A stretch of 32,000 nt of DNA from Promethearchaeia archaeon (GTDB lineage Archaea > Asgardarchaeota > Lokiarchaeia > Sigyniarchaeales > SOKP01), in contig JAWOFX010000137.1 in the NCBI GenBank assembly GCA_046497275.1, positions 1 to 32,000 of the forward strand. The letters run 5' to 3'. The notes beneath the pieces are model-generated. The model did not search any database, was not told where the DNA came from, and saw nothing but the letters and a program-made list of their open reading frames with translations. The position numbers were made by a program, and so were the translations under genes. Of this stretch, positions 27,326 to 32,000 are shown in pieces. Position 1 is the stretch's first letter. The number at the start of each line of letters is the position of its first letter.

Positions 27326-28459
27326 ATGATTTATAAGACAGAAAATCCCGCTATTTTAATGTTGGAAGACGGTTCGTATTATGAAGGTATAGGTATAGGA
27401 GCTATGAAAAAGATTATTGGTGAATTGACTTTTTCCACTATTCCAGGTTCTGGTTATATTGAATCTTTAACAGATTCTGCCTATATGGATGAGATATTAC
27501 TATTTACTTATCCATCGATCGGAAATTATGGTGTTCCACAAAAAGAAAGAGACAATTATGGCATTCTTAAACATTTTGAATCTGAATCCATAAAGGTCAA
27601 AGGAGTGGTTATGAATGAATATTGTAAAAATCCAAGTCATTATGAAAGTATAAGGACCTTAGAAGAGTGGCTTTTAGAAGAAAATATTCCCGCCATCCAA
27701 TGGATTGACACAAGACTCCTTACTCAAAAACTGGTTGAGGAAACACAAGCTTTTGCATTATTACAAGTCTTAGATCACCAAAAACAACCTGATTTAAAGA
27801 AATTAAGATTAGAACTACAAAATTTTTCAGCTCAAGCAGATAAATTCCCTGTGTCTAAGGTGTCAACTGACAATATTCAAAAATACTCACCTACGGATCC
27901 AATTGGGAAAGTTGTGATATTAGATCTAGGAACTAAAAATAATATAATAAGAACTCTAATATCAAAAGAACTTGAAGTAATAAAAGTCCCATATTTATAC
28001 AATTTTGATAAGATTATGGAATTAAATCCAGATGGAGTTATTCTTCCGAATGGACCAGGGGATCCTAAAATATTAAATGCTCCAATAAACTTAACTAGAG
28101 AATTAATAGACCATAATATTCCAACAATGGGTATTGGATTAGGTAATATGATTGTGGGACTAGCTGCGGATATGGAGGTATATAAAATGTCAGCAGACCA
28201 TAGAGGGGGAAGAACAACTGTTGAATCATCGACAAATCATTGCTATATTACTTTTCAAAATCATGGATATTGTCTTAACTACAAAAAGTCCAAAAATTTT
28301 AATGAATTATATTTTGATAAAGATGATAAATCGAATGAGGGGCTGATTCATAAATCTAAACCTATTTTCTCCGTTGCTTTTAACCCAGAAGGAGCTCCTG
28401 GAGCACTCGATATCAAGGAAAAAACATTCAATCAATTTATTAATTTTATGGAGGTTTAG
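27326..28459 (+). CDS. carA: carbamoyl-phosphate synthase small subunit, copy 2; glutaminase catalytic residues substituted
   Basis: Aligns end to end with copy 1 and is also 377 aa, but reads GIGLGNM (Gly271 for Cys), AFNPEG (Asn353 for His) and LTDSAY. Confidence 0.95.
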   Translation: MIYKTENPAILMLEDGSYYEGIGIGAMKKIIGELTFSTIPGSGYIESLTDSAYMDEILLFTYPSIGNYGVPQKERDNYGILKHFESESIKVKGVVMNEYCKNPSHYESIRTLEEWLLEENIPAIQWIDTRLLTQKLVEETQAFALLQVLDHQKQPDLKKLRLELQNFSAQADKFPVSKVSTDNIQKYSPTDPIGKVVILDLGTKNNIIRTLISKELEVIKVPYLYNFDKIMELNPDGVILPNGPGDPKILNAPINLTRELIDHNIPTMGIGLGNMIVGLAADMEVYKMSADHRGGRTTVESSTNHCYITFQNHGYCLNYKKSKNFNELYFDKDDKSNEGLIHKSKPIFSVAFNPEGAPGALDIKEKTFNQFINFMEV

Positions 28460-28461
28460 AA

Positions 28462-31400
28462 ATGCCTTTAGATAGATCTTTAAAGAAAATCTTAATTTTA
28501 GGTTCTGGAGCGGTGAGGATTGGGCAAGCTGGAGAATTTGATTATAGTGGAAGCCAAGTCCTTAAAGCTCTAAATGAAGAGGATATAGAAACGATTTTAG
28601 TTAATCCCAATATTGCTACAATTCAAACAGATCCTCAAATGAGCTCAAAAGTATATTTACTGCCCATAAATATTAAATATGTTACAGAAATTATTAAAAA
28701 AGAAAGACCAGACGGCATATGTCTTTCATTTGGAGGGCAAACTGGTCTAAATGTTGGAGTAGAACTTTATGAGGCAAGGATTCTTGATAAATATGGTGTT
28801 AGAGTGTTAGGGACCCCTATAGAAGCTATTCAAGATACGGAAGATCGCGATCTTTTTGTAAAAGCAATGAGTCGCGCAAATTGTCCGGTATGCAGAAATA
28901 GGGCTGTAAATTCATATGCTGAAGCAAAAAAGGTCGCGGAAGAGTTTGGTTTTCCTTTAATGTTAAGAGTTGCATATGTTTTAGGAGGTAAAGGATCGGG
29001 AATTATTCACGATTGGGATCAATTTGAAAGGATGGCAAAAAGAGGACTAGCGCAATCAAGAATTAATCAAATCTTAATTGAAGAAAGTGTGTGGGGGTGG
29101 AAAGAAATCGAATTTGAAATTCTAAGAGATGCAGAAGACAATTGTTTTATAAATTGCAGTATGGAAAATGTAGATCCCTGTGGAATTCATACGGGAGACT
29201 CGATTGTGGTCGCTCCTGCTCAAACCTTAACTGATGAAGAACTGCAATTACTGCGAAGCGCTTCGATCAGAGCAACTAAAGAAGTAGGTGTCTGTGGAGA
29301 GTGTAATATTCAATGGGCATTGGATCCTTTTTCAAAAAAATTTAGAGCGATTGAAATAAATGCCCGGTTATCAAGATCGTCTGCTCTCGCATCGAAAGCA
29401 ACTGGATATCCTCTGGCTTATATAGCAGCTAAGATTGCTATAGGATATACACTACCTGAATTAAAAAATCAAATAACTCTCAAAACTACAGCAAATTTCG
29501 AACCTGCTACAGATTATATGGTTATGAAATATCCACGATGGGATTTAACTAAATTTGAGAAAGTTGACAGAAGAATTGGCCCTCAAATGAAAGGGGTCGG
29601 GGAATGCATGAGTATTGGGAGAGGTTTTGAAGAGGTTTGTCAAAAGGCGCTTAGAATGCTTGATATCGGTTTAAAAGGCTTTGTAGCAAATGATTTAGAT
29701 CCTATTGAAGATATTAATGAATTAAAGTATGAATTAAGAAATCCTACAGATCTTAGATTTTTAAGAATTGCCGATGCGATGAAAAGAGGGATATCTATCG
29801 ATGAAATTTATGATAGATCTCGTATTGATAAATGGTTTTTATATAAATTAAAGAACATAATCGAAATTGAAAATGAACTAAAAAACTTGGATTTTCTGGA
29901 ATCTTCTAATGAACAAAAGGAATATTATCTAACAAAAGCAAAAAGATATGGTTTTTCTGACGGTCAGATTGCTAAGATAGTTGGGGTAAACACTCCAATG
30001 ATACGCAGGTTAAGGAAAAAATATAATATAATTCCATATGTAAAACAAATTGATACCTTAGCAGGGCAATGCATCCCAAAACGCCATTATCTTTATCTAA
30101 CCTATTGGGGAAATAAGCACGATATCGATTTTGAAGAAGAAGAAAAAGAAGAAATAAAAAAGGTAATCGTTTTAGGAAGTGGAACTTACCGAATTGGGGC
30201 AAGTGTAGAATTTGACTGGGGATCTGTTAACTGCCTTTGGGGATTACAGAATCTGGGAGTAGATAAAGCAATTATTATTAATTATAATCCTGAAACAGTA
30301 AGTACTGATTATGATATTTCTGATCGCTTATATTTTGAAGAAATTTCTGGAGAGAGAGTATTAGATATTTGTGAATTTGAAAGTCCCTATGGCATTGTGC
30401 TTAATGCAGGTGGACAAATTGCTCAAAATCTTGCAGCAAAATTTGCTAAATATTCAGAATTCTTCCGAAAAACAGGAATAAATATTTTAGGTACCCATGG
30501 CTCTCGCATTGATATGGCAGAAGATAGAGCAAAATTTAGTGCCTTACTAGATCATTTAAATATAAAACAACCGAAATGGAGAGCTCTAACTATTAAAAGC
30601 GAAGCTCTAAAATTTGCAGATGAGGTGGGTTATCCCGTGTTGGTAAGACCTTCTTATGTTCTCAGTGGAGCAGCCATGCGAGTATCTTATGATGAGAAGA
30701 CATTAAGAGATACATTAGATTTAGCGGCTTCTGTCTCTCAAGAATATCCCGTCGTAATGACAAAATTTTTCACAAATTCTCGAGAAGTAGAATGTGATGG
30801 TGTTTGTGATGGAAAAAATGTTTTAATAGGAGCAATAGTAGAACATATCGAAAATGCTGGTGTTCATAGCGGAGATGCTACGATGACAATTCCACCTCAG
30901 ACAGTTTCTAAAGAAATAAGAAAGCAAATTGAAGAATATACTAGAAAAATTGCTCTTGCCCTCAAAATTATAGGTCCATTCAATGTGCAATTCTTAGTAA
31001 AAAATGGAGATGTTTTTGTAATTGAATGTAATCTTCGTTCAAGTCGAAGCATGCCTTATGTTTCAAAAACAAAAGGAATTAATCTGATGAAGCTGGCTGC
31101 TGAGGTGATTATGGGAAATAGTATACCTAAACGATTATTAAATTTACCATGTGGTAATTTTGTGGCTGTTAAAGCTCCTATGTTCTCATTTATGCGTTTA
31201 GATAAAGCTGATCCTATTCTTGGCGTGGAAATGGCGAGTACAGGGGAGGTTGCTGTTTTTGGAGAGGATCTACCTGATGCTCTACTAAAAGCATTGGAAG
31301 CAGCCGAACAGAGTATTCCTATTCATGGAGGAAATGTTCTAATCTCAGTTGCAGGAGAAGAATTGAAAAGAAAAATGATTCCTATCGCAAAAAAGTTAAA

Positions 31401-31773
31401 AAAAATGGGATTTACGTTGTTTGCTACTGAAGATACAGCTGAAGCACTTAGAAATAACGAAATATATTCTGTTCGATTATATAAAGTCCATGAATATGGA
31501 AAAGAACCCAACATTGTTGCATGTCTTCAGAATGGTGCCATTGATATGGTAATTAATATACCACTTCCTACTTCTCAAGAAGAGAAATTTCGTCAGATAA
31601 TTGAAGATGATTATACCATCCGAAGAATGGCGATTGATTATAATATACCAGTCATAATTAATTTACAGCTCGCCGAGGCAATTGTGGATGCCATAGAAAA
31701 AGTGAGAACAAAGGAACTCTCTCTTAAATCTTTAAATGAATATCATCAATCCCTAGATGAGGTATATTGGTAA
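28462..31773 (+). CDS. carB: carbamoyl-phosphate synthase large subunit, copy 2
   Basis: Same length (1103 aa) and domain order as copy 1, with both ATP-grasp motif sets present. Confidence 0.98.
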   Translation: MPLDRSLKKILILGSGAVRIGQAGEFDYSGSQVLKALNEEDIETILVNPNIATIQTDPQMSSKVYLLPINIKYVTEIIKKERPDGICLSFGGQTGLNVGVELYEARILDKYGVRVLGTPIEAIQDTEDRDLFVKAMSRANCPVCRNRAVNSYAEAKKVAEEFGFPLMLRVAYVLGGKGSGIIHDWDQFERMAKRGLAQSRINQILIEESVWGWKEIEFEILRDAEDNCFINCSMENVDPCGIHTGDSIVVAPAQTLTDEELQLLRSASIRATKEVGVCGECNIQWALDPFSKKFRAIEINARLSRSSALASKATGYPLAYIAAKIAIGYTLPELKNQITLKTTANFEPATDYMVMKYPRWDLTKFEKVDRRIGPQMKGVGECMSIGRGFEEVCQKALRMLDIGLKGFVANDLDPIEDINELKYELRNPTDLRFLRIADAMKRGISIDEIYDRSRIDKWFLYKLKNIIEIENELKNLDFLESSNEQKEYYLTKAKRYGFSDGQIAKIVGVNTPMIRRLRKKYNIIPYVKQIDTLAGQCIPKRHYLYLTYWGNKHDIDFEEEEKEEIKKVIVLGSGTYRIGASVEFDWGSVNCLWGLQNLGVDKAIIINYNPETVSTDYDISDRLYFEEISGERVLDICEFESPYGIVLNAGGQIAQNLAAKFAKYSEFFRKTGINILGTHGSRIDMAEDRAKFSALLDHLNIKQPKWRALTIKSEALKFADEVGYPVLVRPSYVLSGAAMRVSYDEKTLRDTLDLAASVSQEYPVVMTKFFTNSREVECDGVCDGKNVLIGAIVEHIENAGVHSGDATMTIPPQTVSKEIRKQIEEYTRKIALALKIIGPFNVQFLVKNGDVFVIECNLRSSRSMPYVSKTKGINLMKLAAEVIMGNSIPKRLLNLPCGNFVAVKAPMFSFMRLDKADPILGVEMASTGEVAVFGEDLPDALLKALEAAEQSIPIHGGNVLISVAGEELKRKMIPIAKKLKKMGFTLFATEDTAEALRNNEIYSVRLYKVHEYGKEPNIVACLQNGAIDMVINIPLPTSQEEKFRQIIEDDYTIRRMAIDYNIPVIINLQLAEAIVDAIEKVRTKELSLKSLNEYHQSLDEVYW

Positions 31774-31903
31774 TTTTAAAAGATAGTTGGATTATTCTTT
31801 TTAAGTCATAATTGCATATACTTAAGAGACTTTTCTGATATATAATTAGAATTTTGTTTTTTAGATTTATTATGATATTTCGTGTTCTATTCTTTTAAGA
31901 ATT

Positions 31904-32000
31904 TTAGAATTTGATCCTTTTTAATACAGGATATCTTCTCCCAATACCAAAAGCACTTGGGCTTACTTTAATAGTCTGTACTAATTGTCTTCGTTTAAAT
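31904..32000 (-). CDS. nadE: 3' end of a probable NAD+ synthetase running in from the right edge
   Basis: Manual translation FKRRQLVQTIKVSPSAFGIGRRYPVLKRIKF* matches the C-terminal (Y/F)KRRQ....K(V/I)S..AFG..RRYP signature I recall for NAD synthetases of the glutamine-dependent type. Only 31 codons are visible. Confidence 0.75.
   Translation of the reverse strand, partial: FKRRQLVQTIKVSPSAFGIGRRYPVLKRIKF

Larger units (their letters stand above)
21528..31773 (+). repeat. diverged direct duplication of the carAB operon (21528-25974 and 27326-31773), offset 5798-5799 bp
   Basis: Equal protein lengths and colinear DNA, e.g. an identical 30-mer at 25657-25686 and 31456-31485. Confidence 0.92.

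Noticed and set aside
27326-28459. carA2 as a pseudogene
   Set aside because: No stop or frameshift, same length as carA1, coupling to carB2 retained, and non-catalytic motifs kept. Not fully excluded without dN/dS.
1856-31514. Short shadow ORFs inside long genes (1856, 7516, 10955, 11477, 13111, 17016, 18110, 20102, 20190, 22248, 24531, 25359, 26306, 26807, 29972, 31323)
   Set aside because: Antisense or off-frame to well-supported genes. The similarity of the 25359 and 31323 ORFs simply mirrors the carB duplication.
21528-31773. carAB repeat as a collapsed or duplicated assembly artefact
   Set aside because: The copies differ at many synonymous and non-synonymous sites and have different flanks.
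1-32000. tRNA, rRNA, CRISPR arrays, IS elements, integrases
   Set aside because: No GC-rich structured spacer, regularly spaced repeat or transposase motif found by eye; a tRNAscan-SE/Infernal run would be needed to exclude small RNAs.

Overview
AT-rich archaeal window with no rRNA, tRNA, CRISPR array or mobile element that I can support. A Rab-like small GTPase and a longin-like protein suggest an Asgard archaeon, probably Lokiarchaeia (inference). The left two thirds hold acyl-CoA metabolism genes (ADP-forming acyl-CoA synthetase alpha, 4-hydroxybutyryl-CoA dehydratase, fatty acyl-CoA ligase, acyl-CoA dehydrogenase, crotonase), a homocitrate/Re-citrate synthase-like enzyme, a small GTPase + TrmB-like gene pair and several orphans. 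The right third is a run of amide-nitrogen ligases: pyrG, two tandem carAB operons split by a 2-hydroxyacid dehydrogenase gene, and the 3' end of a probable nadE. Main finding: the second carA is intact and the same length as the first (377 aa) but has lost its glutaminase catalytic residues (Cys271->Gly, His->Asn, plus Gln->Met and Ser->Ala). Its partner carB2 has diverged mainly in its N-terminal half. This looks like a local duplication giving a glutamine-dependent CPS plus a putative ammonia-dependent CPS, parallel to vertebrate CPS1. The ORF track also misses a 59-aa four-CxxC RING/zinc-ribbon-like gene and both edge genes.
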